In this document: positions 33,317 to 43,889 of the stretch, one piece after another
Layout: each line of letters begins with the position of its first letter
Position numbering within the stretch: position 1 is the stretch's first letter
Translations under genes and position numbers: made by a program
NCBI GenBank assembly: GCA_963792585.1
Contig: CAWBWI010000001.1
Span: forward strand, 480,001 to 544,000
Reading direction: 5' to 3'
Length of the DNA stretch: 64,000 nucleotides
Source of the DNA: Candidatus Eiseniibacteriota bacterium
Lineage (GTDB): Bacteria > Eisenbacteria > RBG-16-71-46 > CAIMUX01 > VGJL01
Notes under the pieces: model-generated
Database searches by the model: none
What the model was told of the DNA's origin: nothing
What the model saw: only the letters and a program-made list of their open reading frames with translations

Positions 33317-34797
33317 GGTTGCTCGGTTTCCGGGACTCGGGCCACGAACCTCTGGCGCCGGGCGGGGCGCGGGACGCTCGCGCGGGATTGCTGCGCGAGG
33401 ACCCGGCGGGCTTCGGGCGCTTGATGGAGCGACTCTGCGAGGGAGACCCCCGCCTCGCGCCCTACGCGGAGCCCCTCGCCCGGGGGGAGGCGGTCGTGGT
33501 CCTGTCGGGGCAGCAACCGGCGCTGCTGGGAGGGCCGCTCTACACGCTCTACAAGACCTGGACGACGATCGAGGCGGCGCGGCGCATGCGCGCATCGGGG
33601 ACGCCGGCGGTGGCGGCGTTCTGGTGCGTCGGCGACGACACCGACCACGACGAGGTCCGCCTGGCCTCCTGGCCGCTGCGCGCGGGGGCGCCGCGGAGAC
33701 TGCGCGACGATCGAGAGGCCGGGGGACGCAGGATCGGCGCGCTCGAGATGGAGCGGATGGCCGGGGCTCTCGAGGCCCTGCGCGCCGACGCCCCCCTTGT
33801 CTCGGGATTGACCGCGCTCGACGCGGCCGCGTCGTCGGCCGACCTGGAGCGGATTCCTCGAGGTCGCGCTGAAATCGCTGGCCGGAGACGAGCCGCTTCT
33901 CTTCGTCGATGGAAACGCTCCGGAGGTGCTCGACGCTTCGCAGTCGTGGCTCCGATCCATGGCGGGCGAGCGACGCGGACTGGCACGCGAAATCAGCGAG
34001 CTCGTCGGGAGGATGGCCGCCGCGGGTGAAGCGCCGGGTCTCTCCGGTGATGAGGCCGAGCGGGCCCTCTTCGTGGTGGACGGGGACGGGCGGCGTCCTC
34101 TCGAGATGGATCGTGCGCCCGATGCCTCCATGACGCTGCTTCCCAACGTGGTCCTCCGTCCCGGGCTCCAGGAGCACCTGTTGAGCGTGGCGCGCGTCGT
34201 CTGCGGCGAAGGGGAGATCGCCTATCGGGTCTGCCTCGGCCCGGTCTACGCGAGGACCGGGCGGCCGGCGGCGCCCCTCGCGCGCCGCTTCGAGGCGACG
34301 CTCTTTCCGCCGCCGTGGGGAGCGTCGACGAAGGCGCCCGATCCGTCGATCGTCCTGGACGACCCCGACCGCGCGCTGGACGGGTGGGCAGGACGCTCGC
34401 TCGATCCCGAGGCTCGCGCGGCGCTCGACACTGCGCGCAAGGAAATCGCGGACCGGATCGCATCGCTCGGCCCGACCCTGACGCAGGTGGACCGTGGCCT
34501 CGCACAGGTGGTCGACTCGGCAGCGGGCAAGATCGACTACCAGCTCCAACGGGTGGACGACGCCCTGAGTTCGAAAGCCCGCGCCGGGCTCTTGCGACGT
34601 CGATCCCGCGCTGGCGAACCTGCGGGAGTTCCTGCTTCCCCGCGGCGGGACCTCAGGAGCGTTCCTTCTCCATGTGGACGCCATTTCAGTGGGAAGGCCT
34701 TGGCGCGCGCGAGGGATTGGACGCGGCCGTGCGAGCATGGTTCGATCGCGGCGAGGAGGGACACGCGCTCCTCACCCTGGACGAAGGAGGGGCATGA
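33313..34797 (+). CDS. bshC: bacillithiol biosynthesis cysteine-adding enzyme (frameshifted)
   Basis: GQQPALLGGPLYTLYK, PNVVLRP, GEIAY, PQER. Confidence 0.88.
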
Positions 34798-35934
34798 TGT
34801 CCAAGCCAAAGCCGAGGATCGGTGTCGTCTGCTATCCGACGCACGGGGGGAGCGGGATCGTCGCGACCGAACTGGGGCTCGCGCTGGCCGCCCGCGGTTG
34901 CGAGATCCACTTCGTGAGCTATGCCGCTCCGGTGCGGCTCAAGGGGTACGTGGAGAACGTCCAGTTCCACCAGGTCTTCACGGACAACTATCCCGTCTTC
35001 CACCACCCGCCCTACGTCCTGAGCCTCGCAACGAAGCTCGTCGAAGTGGCCCGGGAGCACCGGCTCGATCTGGTCCACGCACACTATGCGGTTCCTCACG
35101 CGACATGCGCCTTCCTGGCGCGCGAGATGCTCGCGGAGCGGAAGCTCGCGACCGTCACGACCCTTCACGGCACCGACATCACGCTGGTCGGGGTGCAGCC
35201 TTCGTTCCACACCGTCGTCCGCTTCTCCATCGAGAAGAGCGACGGGGTGACGGCCGTCTCGGGGTGGCTGCGCCAGCAGTCGATCGACCACTTCGGGATC
35301 ACGAACGAGATCGCGGTGATCCCGAACTTCGTCGACACCGTCCGCTTCTCCCCGCGGGTGAGGCGCGACGCGTGCGGCCCGTTCGCCGCGGGGGGACGGA
35401 AGGTCGTGATGCACGCGAGCAACTTCCGGCAGGTGAAGAACGTCCCGGGAGTGCTGCGGGTCTTCGACACGATCCGCCGCGAGGTGGACGCAAACCTGGT
35501 TCTGATCGGCGAGGGGCCGGAGCTGGCCAAAGCGCACGATCTGACCCGCCTGCTGGGTATCGAGGAGCGGGTCTTCTTCCTGGGAATCCAGGACGCGATC
35601 GACGACATCCTGCCGCTGACGGACCTGCTGCTCCTCCCGAGCGAACACGAGAGCTTCGGCCTCGTGGCCCTCGAGGCGATGGCGTGCGGCGTCCCGGTCG
35701 TTGCGACCAATCAAGGCGGGACCGTCGAGGTGATCGAGTCGGACGTGAACGGCTTCCTGGCCGATCCGCGCGATGAGGAGGCGATGGCGTCCTGGGCGAT
35801 CCGGCTCCTGGGAGACCGGGGTCGCTGGGAGACCGTTTCCGCGGCGGCGCGGGAACGCGCGGTGACCGAGTTCGAGCAGGGGGCGGATCGTGCAGCGCTA
35901 TCTCGACTACTACGAGCGGATCCTCTCCCGCTAA
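34794..35934 (+). CDS. bshA: N-acetyl-alpha-D-glucosaminyl L-malate synthase (frameshift near 35885)
   Basis: CYPTHGGSGIVATELG, HAHYAVPHA, TTLHGTDITLVG, SNFRQVK, ESFGLVALEAMACG. Confidence 0.95.
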
Positions 35935-36684
35935 CGCCAGAGGACGGCCGCCATGCGGCCGCTGCGCGCGCCGTCGCGCCGGTACGAGAAGAAGAGATCG
36001 GGATTGCAGGATGTGCAGTACGACGAGCGCCCGATGCGCGTCGGAAGCAGGCCGGAGGCCGCGCAGATCGTCCGCAATCGCGGCGCCGAGATCGAGGTGG
36101 AGCTCCCCCCGAAGGGTTTGCACCCACTCGGGGGAGAACCTCGCGGCGACCTCCTCGCCGATCGAATAGCAGCAGGCGCCGATCCCCGGTCCGACCCAGG
36201 CGCGGACATCCGTGAGGGGCATGCCGGAAGAGTCTCCCAGCGCGCGCGCCGTGATTCCCGCCGCGCCGTCGGCCGCGCCCCGCCATCCGCAGTGCAGCAG
36301 CGCGATCCAATGCCCCGCGGCGAAGAAGACCGGGCAGCAGTCGGCGACGGTCAACCACAGGGGCAGGCCTTGCCTTGTCGGTCAGGAGCGCATCGTAAGG
36401 GTCGTAGATCCCGGGCCGCTCGACGCAGAGCCCACGTGTGCCGTGGGCCAGCCTCGCGCGGGCAGGGGGGCCCGGGTAGCCCCCGCGCCTCGATCCAGAT
36501 CGCTTCATTTTCGGCGACGTGACCGAGATCGTCTCCCGCACTATGGCCGAGGTTCAACGTGTCGAAGGGGGGCGCACTCCGGCCGCCCGAGCGGAGACTG
36601 ACGGCCGCATGCGCTTCCCCGAGCCATCCCTCGGGGCGGGCCGATCCAGCGGATCTCTCCGGCACTCCCGAACTGCTCGCTCAT
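35931..36684 (-). CDS. pgeF: PgeF/YfiH-family protein (frameshifted)
   Basis: PPFDTLNLG, TVADCCPV, HCGWRG, GPGIGACCY, FFSYRRDG..GRM. Confidence 0.85.
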
Positions 36685-36692
36685 GAGGCGGC

Positions 36693-36722
36693 AGTCTATG
36701 CACCCGCCCCGCAGAGGGTCAA
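36693..36722 (-). promoter_or_regulatory. sigma70 promoter for pgeF (probably leaderless)
   Basis: TTGACC-N18-TAGACT, 8 nt before the ATG. Confidence 0.55.
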
Positions 36723-36737
36723 CTTCCCCGACACCGC

Positions 36738-36765
36738 TTCAGAGATCGCCGCAAGCTGCCGAAAT
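36738..36765 (+). promoter_or_regulatory. sigma28-like promoter candidate
   Basis: TTCAG-N15-GCCGAAAT upstream of the kinase ATG 36781. Confidence 0.35.
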
Positions 36766-36780
36766 ATCTGGGGAAAAGCC

Positions 36781-38263
36781 ATGTCCGACATCGTTCGGAA
36801 ATCACCTCGTTGGAGCGACCTGCGGGCCCGGATGCTGGGCTACCAGGGCAACAGGGTGTTGAGCGGCTACGTCGCCTTGATCACGGCGGCGGGTCTTGCG
36901 GTCCTGGTTCTCCAAGGACGCCACTCGTCTCCATTCTCCTGGACCTTCTTCTTCTGGTTCGTGTTCTGTCTCGGCTCCGAGTTGCTCTGGCTCGAGACGC
37001 CGACGGGCGAGGCGACCGACTCGATGGCCTCGACGTTCAACGTCGCGGTGCTCTATCTCTTCGGTGCGGGACTGTCGCTCTGGATCATCGGACTCTCGGT
37101 GCTCATCGCGACCCGCGTGTTCCAGAAGAAGGACTGGATCCACTCCTTCTTCGGGCTCGGGCAGATGGTCCTGACGGCTTTCGTCGCGGGCTCGGTCTTC
37201 CGGTTGCTCGCCGGCGGCGCGGGCGCGCTCGAGCACTTCCACACTCTCCGGGGCTCGGGGGGCTGGTGCTCTCGCTTGCGTCGCCTACTACACGGTCAAC
37301 ACGTTCCTTGTCTCGGGCGCGATCGCCCTCGAACGCAAGACGCCGCTGATCCCGACGCTCCGAAGGCGAACTACGTCTACCGAAATGCCGTGCTCTCGAG
37401 CGGGGCCCTCTTCGCCCTTAGCCGATGCTGCTCGTCTCCTACCTGAGCCTCGGCAATCCAGGAGTCGTCTCTCTTCTTCCTGCCCCTCGTGATCGTCAAG
37501 AAGCAGAATCGCGACTACATCGAGCTGCGGCCGGACCACGCAGGCGTTGATCTCCTCGGAGCGGATGGCGGCCAAGGGCGAAATGGCCGCTTCCGTCGCG
37601 CACGAGATGCGCAACTACCTGGCGGTGCTCTCCGGACGGACGGAGCTGATGAAGCGGAAGGTCGAGCGGATGGGATTGACCGAGTTCCAACGCGATCGGC
37701 GAGATCCTCTGGACGCAGATCGAACGGCTCTCGACCCAAGCGCGCGGGTTGCTCACTTCTCCCACAAGGAGATGAAGGTGACCAACTTCGACCTGAACGC
37801 CCTGTGCAGGGAGATGGTCGAGTTCCTCCAGCCGCAGAACGCCTTCGACAAGGTGGAGTTCGAACTCGACCTCGGCGAAGACTTGGACTGGGTCGAGGGG
37901 GACGCCGGGCAGATCCACCAGGTCGTACTGAACCTGTGCCGGAACGCCGCGGAGGCGATGGCGGAGGCCGGCGTCGAGGAGGCGAAGATCTGGATCCGGA
38001 CCCGCAACGACGGGCGGGGATACGTCCGGCTGGAGGTCGAGGACAACGGGCGGGGGGTGCCCGCGGGGATCAAGCAACGGATCTTCGAACCGGGCTACAC
38101 CACGAAGGAGACGGGCAACGGTTTCGGGCTCGCGACCTGCGCCCGGATTGCCGAAGCACACAAGGGCAGGATCTGGGTGGAGGACCGTCCGGGCGGCGGC
38201 GCCCGGTTCGTTTTGACCTGGCCTCTTGGTAAGGCTAAGGCAAAGAATGACTTGGCCGCATGA
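36781..38263 (+). CDS. orphan histidine kinase with multi-TM (MASE-like) sensor domain (frameshifted)
   Basis: About 7-8 TM helices; AHEMRNYL, NLCRNAAEA, DNGRGV, TTKETGNGFGL. Confidence 0.85.
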
Positions 38264-38273
38264 TGATTCCAGG

Positions 38274-38302
38274 TTGACATACCCGATGGGCCTGGCTACC
38301 GT
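38274..38302 (+). promoter_or_regulatory. sigma70 promoter for the M23 gene
   Basis: TTGACA-N17-TACCGT. Confidence 0.55.
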
Positions 38303-38368
38303 CCCGGACAGCTTCTGCTTCTCGGGGGGGATTGCAGGGATCGGCGGCCGGACCGAAGTGGGGGAAGA

Positions 38369-39679
38369 TTGTTGAAGCATCCAAGACTGCGCCAGTGGGC
38401 GGCATGGCTGGTCAGCGGCTCCGCCGGCCTGCTCTTCCTGATCCTCCTCCGCCAGCAGGCGGGGATCATGCCCGCCCGAGACCCCGAAGTCCCCATCTCC
38501 GAAGAACTCCGCACCTTCACCTCCGCCGACACCGTTCACCGCGGCGACACGCTCGCGGGATTGCTGCTGCGCAATCGGATGGGCCTGCAGGAGATCGAGA
38601 AAGTCCTCCGCGAGATCCGGACGCGGGACTATTTCTCCCCCCGTTCGTTGCTCCCGGGGCAGGTCCTCGAGTTCACGCGCGATGATGCGGACCGTCTTGT
38701 GCGTCTCGCCGTCCGCTGCTCACCCGAAGAGATCTACGTCTTCGAGCTCCAGCCCCGACTCGCTGCGCTCCTTCGCGCAGGCGGTCGATGCGGAGACCGG
38801 GTCCGCAAGCTCTCCGGCACCGTCCAGAGCGACATTCGAGATGGCCGTTCTCTCTGCGGGGGGAAGCGCGCAGCTCGCAATCAAGCTGGCCGAGATCTTC
38901 TCCTGCGAAGTCGACTTCTTCACGGAAGTCCGACGGGGCGACAAGTTCAGCCTGCTCGTCGAGGAGCGCTACGTGGAGGGCTCGTTCGTCGGGTACGGCC
39001 CGATCCTCTACGGCTGTTACCAGGGCGACGAGGCCAAGGCCAGCGCGGTCTGGTACCAAGGGGAAGGACAGCGGGGCGGATACTACGACCTCGACCGGCA
39101 ACAATCTCCGCCGGGCCTTCCTGAAGAGCCCTCTCACCTACAGCCGGATCACCTCACTACTTCGCGAAGAAGCGTTTTCATCCGATCCTCAAGACCTACC
39201 GGCCCCACCACGGGGTGGACTACGCCGCTCCGATCGGGACGCCGGTGGCGGCGGTGGCCGACGGGACGATCGAGTTCGCGGGCTGGAAGGGCGGCTACGG
39301 CCGCTTCGTGAAGATCCGGCACGACCGGACCCACGAGACTTGCTACGGCCACTTGAGCCGGTTCGCGGCGAACATCCGGTCCGGGGCCCGGGTGAAGCAG
39401 GGCGAGAAGATCGGATACGTCGGCCGGACGGGCCTCGCCACGGGTCCACACCTCCACTACGAATTCGTGGAGAACGGCCAGTCGATCAATCCGCTCGCGA
39501 TGCGCTCACTTCCTTCGGAGCCGATCGCATCGAGTCAGCTCGTCGCCTTCCGCGCGCGCATCCAGGATCTCACACGGGCGGAGACGCAGATGGCCTCGGG
39601 CGAGTGCCTGATCCCTCAGGCCTGGCAGAATCTGCTCGCGGCGAACCTGGCCACGGCCACAGGACCCACCGCCGATTGA
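38369..39679 (+). CDS. M23-family peptidoglycan DD-endopeptidase (Csd3/MepM-like; frameshifted)
   Basis: N-terminal TM, LysM-like GDTL, FLKSPL, HHGVDYAAP.GTPV, TGPHLHYE. Confidence 0.9.
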
Positions 39680-39705
39680 CACCCTTTCCGCGCGGGTGTT
39701 AGCTT
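39676..39705 (+). promoter_or_regulatory. sigma70 promoter followed by a 9-bp leader hairpin at 39730-39752
   Basis: TTGACA-N18-TAGCTT; GCGGGACGC-GATCT-GCGTCCCGC. Confidence 0.55.
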
Positions 39706-39875
39706 CTGCAGGGTTGGAGTCTGACCTTCGCGGGACGCGATCTGCGTCCCGCTGAACGATCCGTGAGAAAGGGGAGCAGCGTGTCGAGTTCCAATCTGGA
39801 GACCTACCTGAGGTCCTTCCGGCCGACGCCAAGCTCCACTCCTTCCAGGAACCGATCCAGGAGGATCTGGATCGG

Positions 39876-40802
39876 ATGCAGGATGTTCTGCGGGAGTTCT
39901 TCCGCTCCCGGGTGCCCTTGATCCATGAGGTCGGCGACCACCTGCTCACCATGTCCGGGAAGAGGTACCGGCCGGCCCTTGCGCTCCTGATCGCCCGTAT
40001 GGGCGGAGAGCGAGCCCGCAACCCCATCTTCGCGGCGGCGGTGATCGAGTTGATCCACACGGCGACCCTCGTCCACGACGACACGATCGACAAGAGCGCG
40101 CTACGCCGCGGCCTGCCGACCATCAACGCTTTGTACAACGATCTCGTCTCGACGATTCTTGGCGATTACATCTACACGAAGGTCCTCGTCGACCTCTTCG
40201 ATGCATCTGAGGATGCGATCGTGCGCGTCGTCGCCCGAACGACCTACGAGATGTCGATCGGCGAGATGCTGCAGATCCAGCAGAAGCGAAACGTCGATCT
40301 CCGCGAGGAGGATTATCTGGAACTGGTCGATGCCAAGACCGCCTCTCTGATGGCGGCCTCCTGCGAGGTCGGCGCGATCGTAGGCGGTTTCCCGCCCGAG
40401 GCGGTCGAGAACTGGAGGCTGTTCGGGATGGACCTCGGACGCGCCTACCAGATCACCGACGACATCTTCGATTACGTGGGGGATGCCGGTCTCCTCGGAA
40501 AGGGAGCCCACTCCGATCTGGCCGAGGGGAAGGTGACCCTGCCATTGATCCGCGCACTCGCGCGCTGCGGAGAGCGGGAACGTTCCCGCGTCGAGGAGAT
40601 CCTGGCCCGTCCGAAGCTCACTCCTGAGGACTGGCTCTTCGTACTGGAACTGCTGCGCGGGCATGCGGCGCTCGAAGAGTGCCGCGAGATCGCGCAGGCG
40701 TGCGCAACGCGGGCGGTCGGGCGGCTCGACGGATACCCCGCCTCGACCTACCTCACCGGGGTGCGGCAGGCGGTCGACTACGCCGTGACCCGCAGCCATT
40801 GA
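39876..40802 (+). CDS. long-chain polyprenyl diphosphate synthase (IspB/HepT-like); true start probably near 39781 with an indel
   Basis: GKRYRP, HDDTID..LRRG, KTASL, ITDDIFD, DLAEGKVTLP. Confidence 0.92.
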   Translation: MQDVLREFFRSRVPLIHEVGDHLLTMSGKRYRPALALLIARMGGERARNPIFAAAVIELIHTATLVHDDTIDKSALRRGLPTINALYNDLVSTILGDYIYTKVLVDLFDASEDAIVRVVARTTYEMSIGEMLQIQQKRNVDLREEDYLELVDAKTASLMAASCEVGAIVGGFPPEAVENWRLFGMDLGRAYQITDDIFDYVGDAGLLGKGAHSDLAEGKVTLPLIRALARCGERERSRVEEILARPKLTPEDWLFVLELLRGHAALEECREIAQACATRAVGRLDGYPASTYLTGVRQAVDYAVTRSH

Positions 40803-40810
40803 GGAAGCTC

Positions 40811-41197
40811 GTGGCGACTCGCCCTCTGAAGCCCAAGAGTCTCGCCCGCAAGATCGGTCTCCTGGCCCTCGAGAAGAAGGCGGAAGAGGTGACCATCCTC
40901 GACATGTCGGAGCTATCCTCGGCGTGCGACTACTTCGTCCTCTGCTCCGCCGGCTCCGAGCAACAGGTCGGGGCGATCGCCGAGCACATCGCCTCGAAAC
41001 TGCGCGAACGGGGACAGCCGCCGTGGCATATGGAGGGGCGCACCCAGAGGCGGTGGATCCTGATCGACTTCGTGGACGTCGTCGTTCACGTCTTCCACCA
41101 CGAAACCCGGCAGTTCTACATGCTCGAGCGGCTTTGGGGGGATGCGAAGGTGACCAAGATCAAGGAGCCGAGGCCGCGCCCGAGGCCGAGCGCATGA
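40811..41197 (+). CDS. rsfS: ribosome silencing factor
   Basis: KKAEEVTILD, DYFVLCS, WILIDFVDVVVHVF, FYMLERLWGDA. Confidence 0.95.
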   Translation: MATRPLKPKSLARKIGLLALEKKAEEVTILDMSELSSACDYFVLCSAGSEQQVGAIAEHIASKLRERGQPPWHMEGRTQRRWILIDFVDVVVHVFHHETRQFYMLERLWGDAKVTKIKEPRPRPRPSA

Positions 41198-42108
41198 ACG
41201 AGATCGTGGTCGTCGGATCGGTCGCGCTGGACACGGTGCACACGCCCGGAGGGGTGAGCGAGAACGCCCTCGGCGGATCGGCCAGCTATTTCTCCCTTGC
41301 CGCCCGTGCCGTATGTTCCGGTGCGGCTCGTCGCAGTCGTGGGGGAGGACTTCCCCCCGGCGTATCGGGACATGCTCGCCAAGGGAGGCGTGGACCTCGC
41401 GGGACTTCAGGTCGCAAGCGGTCGAACGTTTCGCTGGGAGGGGATCTACGGCGCCGATCTGAACGATCGAACGACGGTCGCCACGGAGCTGAACGTCTTC
41501 GAGTCGTTCCATCCGATCCTTCCGGAGATCTACCGCGGTCGCGGGCCGTCTTCCTTGCGAATATCGATCCCGTGTTGCAGGAGGAAGTCCTCGACCAGCT
41601 CGGCGACCCATGGCTCGTGGCGCTCGACACGATGAACTACTGGATCACCTGCCGCCGCGCCGAACTGCTTCGCGTCCTTCGCCGGGTCGATGTGTTCCTG
41701 CTGAATGACGCAGAGGCCAAGCAGTTGACCGGGGCGGAGAGTGTGCTGAAGGCGGCCGAGGGGATCCGGATGATGGGTCCTTCCGTAGTCGTGATCAAGC
41801 GCGGGGAGTACGGAGCACTGGCGCGCACGGAGGGGGGATGGTTCTCGATCCCCGCCTTCCCGGTCGAGTCGGCGAAGGATCCGACAGGCGCGGGGGATTC
41901 CTTCGCGGGTGGAATGCTCGGACGTCTCGTGCTCGAGGGAACGCTCGACGAGCCGTCGGTTCGCCGGGCGATGGCGCACGGCACGGCGGTCGCCTCGTGC
42001 GCCGTGGAGGAGTTCGGTGTGGAGGGCCTGGTCCGGCTCGACCCCGAGCGGGTCGCCGGCCGAGTGCGAGAGCTCCACGAGATGACCCATTTCGACCCGG
42101 AAGCCTGA
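41194..42108 (+). CDS. PfkB-family carbohydrate/nucleoside kinase (frameshifted)
   Basis: VVGSVALD, LGGSASY, DTMNYWI, DPTGAGDSFAGG. Confidence 0.9.
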   Translation: MNEIVVVGSVALDTVHTPGGVSENALGGSASYFSLAARAVCSGAARRSRGGGLPPGVSGHARQGRRGPRGTSGRKRSNVSLGGDLRRRSERSNDGRHGAERLRVVPSDPSGDLPRSRAVFLANIDPVLQEEVLDQLGDPWLVALDTMNYWITCRRAELLRVLRRVDVFLLNDAEAKQLTGAESVLKAAEGIRMMGPSVVVIKRGEYGALARTEGGWFSIPAFPVESAKDPTGAGDSFAGGMLGRLVLEGTLDEPSVRRAMAHGTAVASCAVEEFGVEGLVRLDPERVAGRVRELHEMTHFDPEA

Positions 42109-42125
42109 GAAGTCGGAGACGGGAG

Positions 42126-42815
42126 ATGCTCGCCGAACGGATCCGGGTGATGGAAACGGATCTCGAGCGAATCAAAGGAGTCCACTCCGCGCGGATCCGC
42201 GCGGAGGGCGGGGAGATCTCCGAGATTCACGTCGTGGCGGACGCGATCGGCGTCCGAAGTGATTGTCCGTGACGTGGTGACGACGCTCTTTGCCCGATAC
42301 GGGGTCCGCGTTCCACACCAGCGAGTCAGTGTCGCGGGCTCCGCGCCCGACCCTGCAGCCGAACCGCGGCCGCCCGCATCGGGATCGGAGATCGGGGTGC
42401 AGATCGCCTCGGTTCATCTGACCTGCGAGGGAGAGGACTTCCGCGCGACGGTCGAGCTGAGAGACGGGCAACGCGCGGCGCGCGCCACGGCGGATGCGAT
42501 CGCGACGCGCGCGAATCGTCCCGCGTGGTTGCCGAGGCGACGCTCGAGGCCCTCCGCAAGCTGACGGGAACGCTTCCGCCCACGCAAATCGAGGAAGTCA
42601 GGTCGGTCGAACTCGGCGACTTGCCCGTCGTGCTGGTGAGGGTCGTGGTTCTCTCCTCGGGACGAGAGCAGCATCGCGTCGGTTGCGGGGTCGGGGTCGA
42701 TCGGATCGATGCGGCCGCCGTCGCGGTGCTCGACGCGATGCGCCCGATCCTGCCGAACTCCCGGGCGCCGGAGGAGGAGATCGAGTTGGAAGTCGAGGAG
42801 GGGATTCAAGGATGA
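42126..42815 (+). CDS. hypothetical protein (frameshifted)
   Basis: EIHVVA...IVRDVVTTLFARYG..HQRVSVA; VAEATLEAL; overlaps the purM start. Confidence 0.6.
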
Positions 42816-43858
42816 GCCACCCGGAACCGGTCGCCCCCCGCTACCTGGAAGCGGGCGTCTCGCTCGAGCGCGGCCGTGAATCGGTCCGCCGCATTCGAGA
42901 GCGGGTGCGCGCGACGTTCGGTCCGCGCGTGGAAAGCCAGATCGGCGCCTTCGCGGGGTTCTTCGCCTACCCGGAGGCAGGCTCCGAGAGGCTGATCGTC
43001 AGCAGCATGGACGGCGTGGGGACGAAGCTCCGCCTGGCGGCGCAAGCGAACCGCTGGGAGGGGGTCGGGTACGATCTCGTCTCGCACTGCACGAACGACA
43101 TCCTTGTTCACGGCGCCCGTCCGCTCTTCTTCCTCGACTACATCGGCGCGGCGAGCGTGGAGCCGGACGTCGTCGAGCGGCTGATCATCGGTCTCGTCGA
43201 GGCATGCACGAAGGCGCGTTGCGCCCTGATCGGCGGCGAGACCGCCGAGATGCCGGGGGTCTATCCGCCGGGCGAACTGGATCTGGTCGGGACGATCATC
43301 GGGGACGTCGCGCGCGCGGACCTCGTCAACGGGACCAAGTCGCAGGCGGGGGATCGCCTGATCGGTCTCTGCTCCGACGGCCTTCACACGAACGGCTTCT
43401 CCCTGGCGCGACGGATCGTTCTCGATGAAGCGGGCCTCGGCCCGGACGATATCCTCGAAGGCACCGATCGAACGGTCGCCGATGCCCTGCTCGCACGCCA
43501 CAAGATGTACCTCCCGTACCTCGATGGGCTGCTCGGCCGCCTGGAGGTCCACGGGATGGCGCACATCACGGGCGGAGGGATCCCGGAGAACCTGCCCCGG
43601 GCGCTTCGGACCGGCCTCCGCGCACGGGTCGACCGGCGGACGTGGGAGATCCCGCCCCTGTTCGCCGCGCTTCGGCGACTAGGAGACGTGAGCGAGGCCG
43701 AGATGTTCGATGTCTTCAACATGGGGATCGGCTTCGTCCTGGCCGTCCCGGCCGACGCCGAGGATGCATGGTTGGCCGGCCTTGCGGATCGGGGCGAATG
43801 TCCCATCCGGATCGGCTGGGTCGAGGAAGGCGAGCGGAGCGTCGTCTGGGCAGACTGA
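42812..43858 (+). CDS. purM: phosphoribosylformylglycinamidine cyclo-ligase
   Basis: DGVGTK, PLFFLDY, GGETAEMPG, GLHTNGFS, HITGGG, FNMGIG. Confidence 0.97.
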   Translation: MSHPEPVAPRYLEAGVSLERGRESVRRIRERVRATFGPRVESQIGAFAGFFAYPEAGSERLIVSSMDGVGTKLRLAAQANRWEGVGYDLVSHCTNDILVHGARPLFFLDYIGAASVEPDVVERLIIGLVEACTKARCALIGGETAEMPGVYPPGELDLVGTIIGDVARADLVNGTKSQAGDRLIGLCSDGLHTNGFSLARRIVLDEAGLGPDDILEGTDRTVADALLARHKMYLPYLDGLLGRLEVHGMAHITGGGIPENLPRALRTGLRARVDRRTWEIPPLFAALRRLGDVSEAEMFDVFNMGIGFVLAVPADAEDAWLAGLADRGECPIRIGWVEEGERSVVWAD

Positions 43859-43889
43859 CCGCCCGGATGCGACGCACCCTCGGACACCC

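Noticed and set aside
31745..34738. 997-aa minus-strand ORF, and similar long antisense ORFs such as 60264-62933 and 53704-55737
   Set aside because: Shadow ORFs opposite real genes; R/P/A-rich with no motifs, typical of high-GC codon bias
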